Assembly (NCBI GenBank): GCA_021613535.1
Contig: CP075496.1
Span: 372,001 to 436,000 of the forward strand
Reading direction: 5' to 3'
Source of the DNA: Adineta vaga
Taxonomy: Eukaryota; Animalia; Rotifera
DNA: 64,000 bases
The translations under genes and the position numbers were made by a program. The notes beneath the pieces were generated by a model. It worked only from the letters and a program-made list of their open reading frames with translations, was not told where the DNA came from and did not search any database. Of the stretch, positions 9,944 through 24,519 are shown in pieces; the first letter of the stretch is position 1, and each line of letters begins with the position of its first letter.

Positions 9944-12900
9944 ATGGATTCATTATCAAAGAACGTGATCGACTTATTCTTTCAAGTAGCATGTACCTGT
10001 CCACAAAAGGTAGCGCTTGAGCTCGACGATCAAATTTGGACGTATGGCGAGCTGTTATCGAATGTGACTTGTGTCGCTAGTCATCTTAAAATAGAAATGG
10101 GCCAGATTATCTTCCAATACGTGGAACGAAGTTTTGAGATGATATGCGGTGTTTTGAGTATTATGTGTAGTGGTGGTGTATACTGTGCACTAAATCCTGA
10201 GGAACCTGCTATGCGCACTTGTTCGTTAATTGATGAAATCAAAGGTCGATTTGTTCTGACACATCAGACCACACGTAACAGATTTCTAGAAGTAAATTAT
10301 CAGCAAACTGAAACTATGAATCTCACAGAGATTCTGTCTATGAATACTCGGGAAGATATCTTTGAGAAAGGTAATTTTTTTCATAAATAAATAAGCTAAC
10401 ACATGCACATTTCATTGAATAAATAGAGCTCAATATTGCAAGTGAAAATCCATGCTTTATTATTTGTACCTCTGATATTACCGGTAAACGAAAAGCTGTC
10501 CTGCATACTTACGGAAGCCTCTTTGCAAATCTACTAGTTCGGATTAATTGGGAAAATAAATATGGTGACAAAGTTCTTCAACTAGCTGAATCATCACGGA
10601 TCGTTCACTTGATGGAAATCTTCTTAGCGTTGACATCAAAATCAGCAGGTACACTTGTGCTTTTGCAACCCGGCAATAACTTGAATATGGATCGTCTTTA
10701 TACGACTTTCAAAGAAAAACAAATCACCGTTGTTTGGACAGCCTCATCGATGCTTGAATTAATGATTGACAATATAGAATTGACTAATAAAGAAGACAAC
10801 GATACGCTGAAAACTGTTCGCCTTCTTTGTATGGAAGGAGAGCCTCCTAAAGCGCATTATCTGATCAAAGTGAATTTATTTATGCCACGAGTACGTATAT
10901 TCATAATATACGGATTAAGTGAAGGTATGACTGTCACTGGCTATTATTTTGAACGTGATAAAAATGGATTCACTGATATTTCAAACACTTTGCCAATCGG
11001 TCGTGCACAACCGGGTTATGAATGCTTACTTATCAATAGTGATAATCATCAAATTATTTCTCCATTATGCATAGATGTTATCGGTGAAATACACGTTGGA
11101 GGTAATAGTTTAGATTAGAAAAATAAGAAAATGTTTCATAATTTTTTTTTTGAAAATTCATAGGTCCTGGTCTTTTCCAGTGTTATTACAATAATCCTGA
11201 GTTGACTAGTAGAACACAAGTAACAATTGATAATAAGCGTTTTTTTAGAACGGGCGATTTGGGTCAATATAACGCAAGAGGAGAGCTTGTACATATGGGT
11301 CGTATCGACACCCAGATTAAAATCTATGGAAAAAGAGTGGAAGCAGCTGAAATTGAAATGACAATTTTGGATTGGTCACCAAACGATATTTCTGCTTGTC
11401 TGATCGTCAAGTTTTCTGAAAATGACAAAGATTCAGTTGTTGCCTACATAATATCCGATAATTCACAGCTTAATACTGAATCATTACGAAAGCATTGTAG
11501 CGAGCGGCTCCCTCAATATATGGTACCATCTTATTTTATTATTCTAAAAAGCTTTCCATTAAATGGAAACGAAAAAATAGACAGAAGTCAACTACCATCA
11601 CCATTGATATTCAGTCATATGCCATTTCAACGAATTCAAAATGATGAAGAGCAAATACATCCTTTGCAGTGTCCTTTATTTGTTCAAAATACTATTTCGC
11701 GTCCTACCAACTACTTTTCTTCAAGTGGTATTACTAATCATGCAGAACCACTAAATCAGCCGTCGTCTCCATCTTCTCAGTCTTCTACACCACAGTCGGT
11801 TGTTGCTCATGATTCTACTATTCCTGCTCGATGGGCAGCATGCGTATCGCAATTTCATTCACAGTCTGCTTTACTCTTCAAACAACAATCATTCACCTAT
11901 GCACAATTAGATGATGCATCAAAACGAATTGCAAATCATCTTCAAAAACACTCTGAAATACCGCTTGGACTTGGAATTCGCATTGGTATAGTACTACAGC
12001 GTCGTCCACTTTATATAGCAACATTGTTAGCATGCTTGAAATGTGAATGTATTTTTATACCTATTGATCCATCCTTTCCTCCTGCACGTGTTGCCGACAT
12101 GCTCATGTATATACGACCTCATGTTCTGATAGTGGATGACTATAATATAAAACATCGTATTAAAATTAGTCTCGCTAAAGCTATTGATTCAGCAAGAACA
12201 ACCAAAGTACCCAGTACACATGATACTGAGAACGCTGAGATGAAACCAGAACAAGAAGGTGAGCAAGATGCTGACGAAACAACAATCACAGTCGATGGTG
12301 ATAGACCACAAGTGATTGTAATGGAAGATTGGCAAAATATTGATGCTTTGTTCGATCTGAAAGATGATACAACACAAAATAATTATCACAATGAAGAAGT
12401 TGTATTACAACCTGTTATATCACTATCAGAATCACGACGTTTGAAACTTAGAGAGCGTTCTCCTTCATCTTCGTGTCGTTCTGAAATTTCTTCAACTTCT
12501 ATCACTAACAACGACAGTGTCATTTCCTCTGCCCCTGTTTTTTCTTCTTCTTCTCTTGCTTACTTATTATGTACTTCGGGTACTACAGGTGGTATTAAAG
12601 CTGTACGTCTTTCTCATGGCCATGTAACACGTTATGCCTATGCGTATCATTCGACACTTGGTCTACGTGCCGGTGATATCTTTGCGCTGTCAGCTTCATT
12701 TTCTTTTATTGGACATATGAAACAATTATGGGCATCATTATTGAATGGTTTAACAGTAGCATTGCTTGTAGAGGAAGAACAAGCATCGACACTTGCTTTA
12801 GTTCGTGCTTTGCAACGTTATAAAGTCACTGTGTTAGACTTGGTGCCACCTCGTCTCAAAGAATTAGTGCATGATTGGGCCTTATTACCAAAAGATTCTG

Positions 12901-15900
12901 TCAATTCATTGCGCATGTTAATTTTAAGTGGAGATGCCTTACCCACACAATTAGTACGTCAATTTAAGCAAGCTTTAGCACGTCCTGTTCAGCTGTGGAA
13001 TTGTTATGGTCAAACTGAAAGTTGTGGAACAACAATAGCGTATCATGTGCAAGATGAAGATTTAAATCTCGATACACCTTCTTTTTCCGGAGATCATCTA
13101 CGATCACCCGGTGCTGCCAATTTCTCAACTTCTTCCGCTATTCTACAACGGGCACTTGTCCCTATTGGTTATCCGCTACCTGGTACGACTTTATATATTA
13201 TAGATCCGAATAATACTACACCTACTATCACTCCAGAAGGTGAACCAGGTGAATTAGCGATTGCGGGTGCCCAAGTTTCATTTGGTTATTGGAATTCCGA
13301 GAAAAATAGACATTGTCATGATGCTGAAACACGTGCCTTCGTGGTGGATCCATTCGGTACACTCATGTCCTTCACAGGAAAACTATTACGTACCAATGAT
13401 TTATGTACACGTACACCAGATGGTTGTATCACTTTATTGGGACGAAAGGATAATATTTTAAAAATACGTGGTATACGTGTACATCCATCCGATATCGAAA
13501 ATGCACTCTTACAACATCGTTACGTAAGTGAAGCAGTTGTATCGATGTTATCGTTAGATTTAGGACAAAATACAGATGAAGTTTTGGTGGCTCATATTAC
13601 ATTACAACCTCAAATATCTTTTTCTGAACATGACACATCCAATACTTATTCTGTAGCTGATAAACGTTTAGAAGATGATTTACGTATGCATTGTAAAAAT
13701 TTGTTACCAACAGCATTAGTACCTTCGTTTTTTATTATCCATCATAATTTCAAACTTCCCAGAACAACCACAGGAAAATTAGATCGCAAACTCAACTCTT
13801 ATATGCTTGAAGCGAGTACTTTAGCTCAGTTTTCAGATAGAAATAAACTGTCAAGCGCAAATGCAACTCGTTTTGGTCCAAACTCACCATCACCTATGTC
13901 GTCATCCTTACGTATTGCGTCTCTGCTATCACGTGATACAGCGGATATAGGTTCATCATCTATGATTAAACAAGATAGGCAATCATTCAATGCATATTCT
14001 GGTACCAATGACTTGCAATCACCATATGCACGTACAACATCTTCACAACTTGTTACTGATTCAACTTTATCACCACTCCCATCTTCACCGGAAATAACAA
14101 TCTCTCATACTATGACTTCACTTACAGCTTCCACAACTTCTTTGATTGACTCTCCACGTACACTTTTGCTTGTTTTTGGTCCAATGGAGGCTCCTACTTT
14201 TACCTTACCACTTTGTATTTTAACATCTGCTGATTCAGATCATCTTCCTTTACGTATTGATCCAGTTCTTATAAACCAACTTAAACTCAATTTGCCCTCC
14301 GCACCATCATCACCAACATCTTCTTCTTCACCGATTACACTCGAACGTGTAGCTGCCCTTGTTTCGGATCGTTTTTTTAAACATTTAAATGTCTCGGAAG
14401 ATACACTTGCCTTTGTTTTTGACGAATATAGTGAAGAGCAATTTCAGCTATCCGCGAGTTCAGTGGATTTTTTCAGTTGTGGAGGTCATAGTTTATTAGC
14501 AAGTGGTTTGAATTTACGTATTTATGCGGATATCGGTGTAACAGTGACAGTTAAGGATATTTTTGAATGTTCAACATTAGAAAAAATTGTAGCGAAAACA
14601 TGGGAATATGTCAAAGAAGAAAATGGCGAACTAGAAACCACTACCACTATTCCTGCAACGAATACAACCTCAACAACAACAACGACTAATAGCGATACAA
14701 AAAAAAATTCGTCCGTAGCTTCATCGTCGTCGTCTTATCGTCCACCGTTGATTTCGATTTCTCGTTCTTCATCTTCCGCATTTCCTCTTTCCAATACGCA
14801 ATTACGTATGTATTTTGCAGAGCGTATGCAATCCAATTCTTCTTCAGGTTTGCTCAATACAATACGTGTCTTTCGACTTTCATCGACTTCGATCACGGCG
14901 ATATTGAGAATTAAAGCTTTACGTTTAGCTGTTAAATTACTGTTAGAACGACATGAAATTTTACGTGTTTCATTTCAAACCGATTCTTCGACAGGATCGA
15001 TTGTTCAAGTTCCGCTAGTCTGTCCATTACCTGACGATCTTATCGAACACGTTGTACAGAATGCTGATTTCAGTGGTTATGACTATGAAAACGCCATGAT
15101 GCAAACAGAGTATGCTATTGATTCGATGTTAGTGACACCATTCGACTTATCGACTGCTCCGTTGATACGAATACGTGTATGGAAATTACCACCTAGATCA
15201 TCGTCGACTGGCAGGATGCCCTCCTATATTTTAGCAACTTGTATTCATCATATGATTACCGATGGTTGGTCTTCCACCTTATTTTTTCAAGAACTTTCTA
15301 CTTTTTATCGTTCGATCCTCTCAAAAAATGAACCATCTGCCCTCTCATCGGTTCCGTATCAATTCGCCGATTATGTATCTTGGCAGAATTCTTTCTTGTC
15401 ATCTTCTCTGCTAGCTGTAAAACAATTAAATTTTTGGACACAAGAACTAGCAAATTTGTCCCCATTAAAATTACCTACCGATTTTCCACGTCCAGAAATC
15501 CCTACGTATAATGGTTCTGTTCATCGATTTGTGCTACCAGGCTCATTAGTGGCTTCCCTACATACTCTTGCAACACAGGAGCGTAGTTCCTTATTTTCAC
15601 TCTTAATGTCAACTTTTCAGCTCATGCTATCACGATTTGCATCGGGTCAAACTGATATATGTTGTGGAACCATCTTAGCGAATCGACCAGTAAAAGGTAC
15701 AGAACGTATGTTAGGTTGTTTTATTAATACGGTACCTATCCGTACACAAGTCAATCCATTGCTAACATTTCCACAACTTTTAAGAACGGTTTCCAAAAGT
15801 GTATTACAGGCGTTAGATAAACAAGATGTTCCCTTTGAAAAAATTGTAGACGCCATACAGAAAAACGAACCCGAGACTCGAGATCTGTCTCGTCATCCAT

Positions 15901-18900
15901 TGTTTCAAGTGCTGTTAGTATTACAAAATCGTGCATATACCGATTCGTCAATGTTGAATCTGACAGGCATGAAAGAAGAAGAAATTGAAACGCCAGTGAA
16001 ACATGCAAAACTAGACTTAAGTGTCGTTGTGGATTATATATTACAACCTATGCGAACTGAGAAAGATAGAGAAGAAGAAGAACAACAAGAACAAGAAGAT
16101 GCAGATATGTTCTCTGCATCTTTCAACAATTGTGATGTACTACCGAATAGGAGACCTTCTATTTTAAAAGGACGACGTGGTAGTGTTATGCCTTTGTTGT
16201 CTTCTTCATCGTCTTTCGCAACTTTATCAGGTCGCCGATTTTCAGTAGATTTTATTCATCCAAAAGAAGATCGTAAAGAAACAGTAGCACCTTCTATTTT
16301 ATCATCGGCTTCTTTGTCTAGAAAACCTTCCATAATCCCAGGAGCTTCTTGGTCTAGAAAACCCTCCATGATTCCAGGAGCTTCTTGGTCTAGAAAACCC
16401 TCCATGATCCCAGGAGCTTCTTGGTCTAGAAAACCTTCCATGATCCCAGGAGCTTCTTCGTCTAGAAAATCTTCCATAATTCCAGGAGAAAAAGGTCTCA
16501 TGGTATCGATGGAATATAATTCTATGCTATGGCGTCCAACGACGATTGTTCGTATGGCAGAATGTTGGCTCGCCTTATTGCAAGAAATTTTACGTGTATC
16601 ATCGACTACCGAAATTGGGGCACTTCGAATGCTACCATCTTCAGAATATCAAGCCGTAGTGTATGATTTTAATCATATACAAAAACCATATCCTGCATTA
16701 TCGACATGGACACAATTGTTTGAACAGCAAGCTGCTACATATCCTCAAAATGTTGCCGTATTTCACGGTTCACAAACTCTAACATATCAACAATTGGATG
16801 CACTCTCCAATCGATTAGCACATGCATTACGTGCATATTTTACTGCTAAACGCGGTGTTTCACTGCCAATAGATTCAGTGGTGGGCGTGTGTATTGTACC
16901 ATCTTTATTGTCAATTGTATGTATTGTTGCAGTATTTAAAGCTGGCTGTGCTTATTTAGCACTCGATCCATCGCATCCAGCCTCACGCCGTCAACAAATG
17001 TTAATTATATCCGATGCCAAACTTCTATTATGTATTGGTGAACAAGGAATCGATAGTATACCAGCATCAACGAATAGTATTTTAGCCATGTCATTTGAAT
17101 CTGCTGCCATTTCTACTGTTGAAAAACAGTTTTTTTCGTATTCTTCTTTTCCATTACATTTTCCATTACATTCTTGTCCTCATCCGCGTTCCTTGGCATA
17201 TGTGGTATTTACATCTGGTTCCACTGGTGAACCAAAAGGTGTCTGTGTCGAACATCGTGCACTGTGTAATATTGTTTCTAATCCAGTTTTGCAAAGTGTG
17301 AATGCATCGATGCGTTTATTAAATGTGCTTGGGATGACATTCGATGTGGCCATCATGGAATGGGCTCTAACATTAGCACATGGTGGCGCATTTTGTATTT
17401 TAGAAAATGCGAATGGTAATACACGTGCTTTATTGGGAAAAGCGTTTGCAGAAGCCGTACAGCAATTTCAAATAACCCATCTTTATTGCACACCGGCTAC
17501 TCTAGCTACTGTACCACAAGATGTAGAAACACTACAAATGTTACGATCACTGATTGTATGTTCTGTGGGTGGCGAAGCATGTCCCGAATGGCTTGTGAGA
17601 AAATGGGAAAATCAAATCCCACAACTGACAAATGGATATGGACCAACAGAAACTGCGATTGCTTGTACATATTTTAATTTCGATGGGAAACAATCTCATA
17701 TACATCCAATTTCTACAATTGGTTATCCTTTGCCTAACTATCAACTGTATATATTGGACGCATGTTTACAGCCAGTACCAATTGGTGTAATTGGTGAGCT
17801 TTATGTTAGTGGTGCTGGTGTAGCACGTGGTTATATAGGAAAGCCTGAAATGACAGCACAAAGATTTGTTCCATGTCCATTTGATAATGCAACAGATGAA
17901 GAAGGTCGTATGTATAAAACGGGTGACCTAGCGAAATGGCAAGAAGACGGTACAATTTTATATATAGGACGTAGTGATAATCAAGTTAAAGTGCGTGGTG
18001 TACGTATTGAATTAGAAGAAGTCGGAATTGTTGTAGAAAAAATAGAAGGTATAAAGCATGCCGTTGTTCTATTTTTACCCTCTACGACCCGTCCAGACGC
18101 GAAAGCTGACGCATTACATGCATTTTGTATGGTTCATACCGATTCAACACTCACTGCACGTGATATTGAATTATCTGTCAAAGCACGTTTACCGTCTGCC
18201 TTTATGCCATCCTCGTTTCGTATTATAGAATTACCGTTTACAAATATTGGTAAAATTGATAAAATTGCAGTGAAAAAAATGTATATGAGAGAATTAGCAG
18301 AACGAGAAGAAAAAATAAAGCAACAGCAACTACAAAGAGAAGAAGAGCAAAAACCAGAAGAGAAAAAATCAGAAACAGGTGCTCATTCACTAGTTACAGC
18401 AACACCTATCGCAACTGCTCCTATTGTTTCGACTCCTTTCACTAATGTTACTGCATCACCTGCTACTCTCGCATTCTCTGCATCTACCGCTTCGTTTTCT
18501 TTACTTTCGTCTTGGCGTCGGCTTTTGTCGCATCCAGATTTGGGCACATCCGACAATTTCTTTGAGTTTGGTGGCAATTCAATTTTAGCCGTGCAAGCTT
18601 ATGATGCTTTACCAACTGAATGGAAAACCGGTGCCATTTCATTGAAACTACATGATTTATTTACATATACTAGTGTTCAATCCATTGTGAAACTTGTGGA
18701 AAAACGTATGGGTGTATCATCAACAGCAGCGCCTGTTGTAGTGACTACTGTAACTTCAGCGAACGGACCAGCTTTATTTGTACCTATATCTGCCGTCTCC
18801 ACTTCTACACCCGCTGTCGAAGTCAAACCCGCACCACCAGCATCATTAGCACAGTCTCAAGCTGAGTTTGCTTCGAATTTGATTGTGGCCCCTCCTTCAT

Positions 18901-21900
18901 CTTTTGTTGCACCTTCGTCTCGTGATATTGCGATTATCGGCATGTCGGGTATTTTTCCATCGGCACGCTCTGTGGATGAACTTTGGTCACTCATACTGTC
19001 GGGTCGTAGCGGTTTTGCATTATTTTCATCGGCTGAACTACTAGATGCTGGTATTCCTTTAGAATTGCAATCACAACCTCATTTTGTCCCGACAATGGGA
19101 TGGATGGGTTCAGTCAATTTGCACGGTTTTGATGCCTCTTTCTTCAAATATAGCTTCAGTGACGCAGCACTCATAGATCCACAACAACGTATTTTCTTAC
19201 AAACTGTTTGGCAAGCTGTGGAAGATGCGGGTTATGCACCAGATACTCTTGCACAAAAATTTGTCACAGGCATTTTCGCAGGTGTCGGTGTCAATACTCA
19301 TATAGGAGATGGACAAGTTTCAACGAATCCTGCAGATTTTGTGAAAATGCAGGCACAAAGATTAGGTAATGCTGTCGATTTCTTATGTTCTCGTGTTGCT
19401 TATAAACTTGGTTTGACCGGGCCTGCAATTACCGTTCAAACAGCGTGTTCTTCATCGTTGGTTGCTGTACATACCGCGTGCCAGAGCTTAATTTCAGGTG
19501 ATTGTGATATGGCATTAGCTGGTGGTGTCTCATTTGGTACTTTGCATCCAACAGGTTATTTTTATAAAGAAGGCACTATTTTGTCTCGAGATGGTAAAAT
19601 TCGTCCTTTTGATGCGAATGCATCTGGTACAGTACGTGGACAAGGTTGTGGTGTTGTCTTACTCAAACCTCTTGCTGCAGCATTAGGTGATCGTGATCAT
19701 ATTTATGGGGTTATACGTGGTTCTGCGGTAAATAACGATGGCTCAGATAAAGTTTCGTTTACTGCACCTTCCGTACAAGGACAAATACGTTGTATTAAAC
19801 GTGCATTCCAACATGCACAAGTCGAACCTGAATCGATTGGCTATATGGAATGTCACGCTACTGGTACCGTTGTTGGTGATCCCATTGAATTTTCTGCTCT
19901 GGAATGTGCTTATCGTTCCTTGTCCAAACCAGACCCTCCAAGCCAATACTGTGCGTTGGGCGCTTTAAAATCTTCCACTGGTCACTTAGACGCAGCTTCC
20001 GGTATTGCAGGTTTTATGAAAGCATGCCTCATAATTCATCATGCTACGATCCCGCCATTAGTCTGTCATGAAACGCTACATCCAGATATTAATTTAGAAG
20101 AAAGTCCATTTTTTATTCCGACACAAACGAAAGCATGGTCTTCTCACAGTGTACGACGTGCTGGTGTATCGAGTTTTGGTATTGGTGGTACGAACGTACA
20201 TGTCATTTTAGAACAAGCACCATCTTCTTCAACACAAATCGAAAAAGTTGTGGACAACAAACTTCCATATCTTTTTTCTCTCAGTGCATCATCGCCAAGT
20301 GCTTTATTGGCATTGTTATGTTCGTTCCAATCGAAATTTTGTTGGTTTATTTCTAATGGCATGCATCCACGTTTATCAGATATCGCATATACTCTACATA
20401 CAGGACGCTCCACAACATTCCATCGTTCTACATGTCGTACATCATTTGTCGCCTCTACTTTACAACAAGGTCTAAGAGTGATGGAAGAACACATGAAAAT
20501 GTGGAATGCAAAAGAACAAGAACAGCAACAATTGCAGGAAGAAAGAGAAACGTCACCGCAAATATCTAGTTTTCCAAATATGTCGATTTTATCCTCTCCA
20601 TCGACGCCTTCTCTCATTTTCTTATTTCCCGGTCAAGGTGTACAATATATAAATATGACACTCGCACTTGCCTCACAATTTCCATTGTTTCGTATGCATT
20701 TAGACAGTCTAATCTCTCATGTTGCCACGTATTATACGGGAAAATACGGTTTACCTGTAGATCTAACAGCACAGACGCTGTTTAGTAATCCACAACTTTC
20801 TTCCATATCCGCATCACATTCTGCTAACCCATGTATGTTCATACAATTATCGTTATTTTTAGTCGAAATTGCTTTGTCACGTACGTTTGGTTCACTCGGT
20901 GTTCAACCGTCGATTTGCATTGGCCATTCATTAGGTCAATATGCTGCCTGTGTATGTGCGGGTATGTTTTCATTTGAGCAAGGGTGTGAGCTCATAGTGG
21001 AACGTGCACGTTGGATGGATGAATTGTGGAGAGAGCAACAAAAAACCGATGAAAAAGGTGCGATGTTGTACGTACGTACATCTTCTTTGAAGATGAAAGA
21101 ATTATTAATCGCATTTCATTCGTTCCCAACAGCTTTCTCAACTTCTTTATCTATCTCAGTGGCAGCTGTAAATTCTCCTAACCATTGTACTGTATCGGGT
21201 TTAGCAACACATATAGCGGAATTACATGCTTATTTAACTGCACAACAAGTGAAATGTGGTCGATTAGATGTACCCTTAGCATTTCATTCACCACAGATTA
21301 ATCCTGCCTTGACACATTTTGAAATGACGTTACAAAAAATATGTCCCATGGCGCAAGAATCATCTGTTCCTGTCATATGTAATTTGACCGGTACTCCTCT
21401 CACTATTTCCAATGCACGTAATCCACACTATTGGTTACGTCATAGTCGTGAAGCGGTACAATTTCAAAAAGGTGTGGAAACAATTGTAAGGGACAAGTTA
21501 GCACAATGGGACAAAATGAAACAAAGTGTGAGCGTGATATGGCTCGAAATGGGTATAGGAAGAACACTATTAACATTTGCTAAACAAGATTTTCAGCGTA
21601 TACAACAAGAAATTATTGCCAAAACAGTAGAGAACGAGGAAAAACAACAAAAATCAACTGAAAAATCCACGGATTCCACAGCTTTTCCATGGAATGGTAT
21701 TTTACTATTGCGTTCACCATCTCAATCAGATTCTTTCTCTGTTTTGCAAGAATCAATGAATGAACCCTATTCGTTTTTATCTGCCATTGGTGAGATGTGG
21801 AATGCCAATGTAAAAATTGACTGGGAGGAATTTTATGCATCTTATTCCCAAAATGCTCAATCTCTACCATCGCGTATTTCCCTACCTACTTATCCATTTC

Positions 21901-23453
21901 GTGCGGATCAACGTGTTTTTATAAGAGAACCGCCTCAATCTGCCGGTATCAATAGTAGTATAACAGGTTGTTCATGCTCATTTCCCGTTGCTTCTGCATC
22001 ATCGAGTTCCACATCACTTATGCCCCATGTACGTTTATCAGTATCACCCTTACCATCGCTACTACCACCTTCTCCACCCTCTTCTGCGAGCTCCACAACT
22101 TCGTTTCTTGTGTCGATCTTATCGGATTTATTTGCGGAACAATTAGGTACACGCACAGAAGCTCATTCGGATTTTTTTGATATGGGCGGAGACTCGTTCT
22201 CTGCCGTACAATTATTAAATGCGCTTAAAAATCGACTTCCGCAACTTGTAGATGCACCACTCAGTTCCTCAACATTGTTATCTCATTCCACACCATATAA
22301 ATTAGCATTATTATTACAAAATAAGCATGGTATTCAACTTCCCGCAAGTTTTGAAAATGGTTTGATTATGCCGACATCTATGAATACATCACGTGATTCG
22401 ATATCTTCGATGAATGATATACATAGTGGTCAGGTACATCGTACCTCATCGATATCATACTCGATTTCAGAAGATGATAGTAGTATCATGTTATCTCCTA
22501 CATCTGATACATCACGTTGTGCGACTGATTCGATAGGTTCGTTTCATTTATCAGATTCACTTTTCAAATCTCTTCCTTCTGCGATGGCTCTGAATATAGA
22601 TTGTATGGTGACGTTAAAAACTGCATTCTTTTCTCCTTCGTCGCTTCTTCTCCTCATTCATCCTATTGGTGGTGAAATTTATAATTATCGTTCGTTTTCA
22701 CACTTTCTACCATCCGAAATGCGTGATCATATTACGGTATGTGCATTTCGTGCTTGTTCTTTAGATGGGACGAATCAACCATTTTCATCGATTCCAGAAC
22801 AAGCTAAATCTTATCTGTCTCATTTATACGCGTATCTTGAAAAACATAAACCAAATTGGCCGGGGTATATTTTTATTGGTGGGCATTCCTATGGTGGTAC
22901 AGTCGCTTATGAAATGTGTGTTCAACATAGTCAATTTCCTCCTCCTACTTTACCTTTTTTCTCGTTTTCACATCTATTTCTTGTTGATTCGCCTCATGCT
23001 GGCTGCATAAGTTCGTCCGAATCTCTTTCCGATGCAGCTGGTGTCATAGCATATATAGCAGGTGATCGTTTAAAACTTAGTGCAACCGAACTAAGACAAC
23101 ATGTGGAAACTAGTGGAATGGATATTTTATCCTTCGTCAAATCTTTAGATCCACAACTCGAGACTATGAATGAATCCGTGATCAAAACATGGATTGCACA
23201 TGAACGTGCATTACGTACTTATGTTCCATCTGAGAAGAGGCTATGGAATGGACCGATCTTATACGTAAAACCATCTCGTGCATACAAACAATGCTCATTG
23301 ACATGGAATGAAGCATGGGACAAATATGTATCCGAAGGACAAATGACCGTCTTGCAAGTGGAAGGTGACCATTTGAGCATGATGAAACCTCCTTATGTCA
23401 AACAAGTTGTGGAAACTATTGTGGAAAAGATGTTAAAAACATATATTTCTTAG
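9944..23453 (+). CDS. Hybrid NRPS-PKS, ~4463 aa; exons 9944-10370, 10427-11101, 11164-23453; domains A-A-T-C-A-T-KS-AT-ACP-TE
   Basis: Two phase-1 GT-AG introns join three ORFs in frame (13392 nt). Motifs: A1 TSDITGKRK/FRTGD; A2 TSGTTGGIK/PRTTTGKLDRK; T DFFSCGGHSL; C HHMITDGWS; A3 FTSGSTGEPKG/YGPTE/YKTGD; T NFFEFGGNSI; KS TACSSS/HATGT/GHLDAASG; AT GHSLG/AFHS; ACP DFFDMGGDSF; TE GHSYGG...GDH. Confidence 0.95.
16315..16487 (+). repeat. Coding 36-bp tandem repeat, ~5 x SRKPS(I/M)IPGAS(W/S)
   Basis: tctagaaaacc(t/c)tccat(a/g)at(c/t)ccaggagcttct repeated in frame. Confidence 0.95.
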
Positions 23454-23750
23454 AAAAATTGGCTGTTTTAATTTTTGTTCGTTTAGTATGGATTGTATGA
23501 AAATTCATGCTTGGACTGTTACAATACATTTTTATATAAGCCAATTTTTTTTAAATCAAGTTAACAAGAATTTTTGAAGTGCGCTGACGAGGAAAGAGAC
23601 ATCATTTTTTGTATTTTTAATTCGAAAGAAAATAAATAACAAGAAAAAAAAGGCAATGTATAATTGTTTTCAAAAGACAAAAAATAATATCGAGTTGATG
23701 ACTAATGCGAGATCTTTCGAATTTTTCTTCTTCAAGCGATTTTTTGTTTG

Positions 23751-23852
23751 TTGAGAAGGGTGTGGATGTCCATGACTCATATATAAAGCTAACAGAGGAT
23801 TAGGACGTGGCTGACATATAGATATCCATACCCACACCCACCCTTCAAGATA
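23751..23852. repeat. Telomere-like palindromic boundary element, site E
   Basis: ttgagaagggtgtggatgtc...atatccatacccacacccacccttcaagata. Confidence 0.8.
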
Positions 23853-24519
23853 TTCTTCTTCTTTGCAAATGTAATGCTTTAAGAATATATAGAAGAATAA
23901 ACAATAATCTTCAAATTTATATATTATGTCAATCATGAAAACAAGATAAAAAAAGGAGAAAACAGATTACAACGAGTTAAACAACAAGTAGAGAAATAAC
24001 AGCAAAATAAGCCGAAGGTATGGTGATACTAAAGTAAATCATCACAACACCGAGAATAATTATAGTAAATGAAATAGAGAAGAGAGAACGTTCAAAGTGA
24101 TACAAGACGGAGCAGTTCTTTCAAAAGTGTTTTTAAATTGATAATAATAATTGAATCGTCGACAAGCAGTTCTGATAATATTGCCTTTCTCGAATGAAAA
24201 TTTACACATTAAGATATGTTATGTATTGGATTAGAAAGAAAAATCAACTAAAACAATACAGGTAATATTTTCTGTGTTATTCGTTTTACCCTTAACTTAA
24301 TATGAGGATATGAGCGCTAATAAGAATGGAGTCTCCTCTTCATCTACATCCTTACTCACATTTTCATCGAACAAATACAACTCATTTAATGCTAGAGTCT
24401 ACTGTACAGACGAATACCATAACTAGGTGTATAGATTTCTTTAATTTAGTTGAAGAAATAATTCAAACTTACCAACAAATATATTTCAACTGCTAGAGTA
24501 AATTCGACATTTCTATATT

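Noticed and set aside
12189-23185. Many short ORFs overlapping the NRPS-PKS, including the 16256-16501 antisense repeat ORF
   Set aside because: Shadow frames of the long CDS.
9944-23453. Bacterial contamination as the source of the NRPS-PKS
   Set aside because: Spliceosomal introns restore the frame, low-complexity inserts are eukaryote-like, and the flanks carry the same repeat family as the rest of the window.
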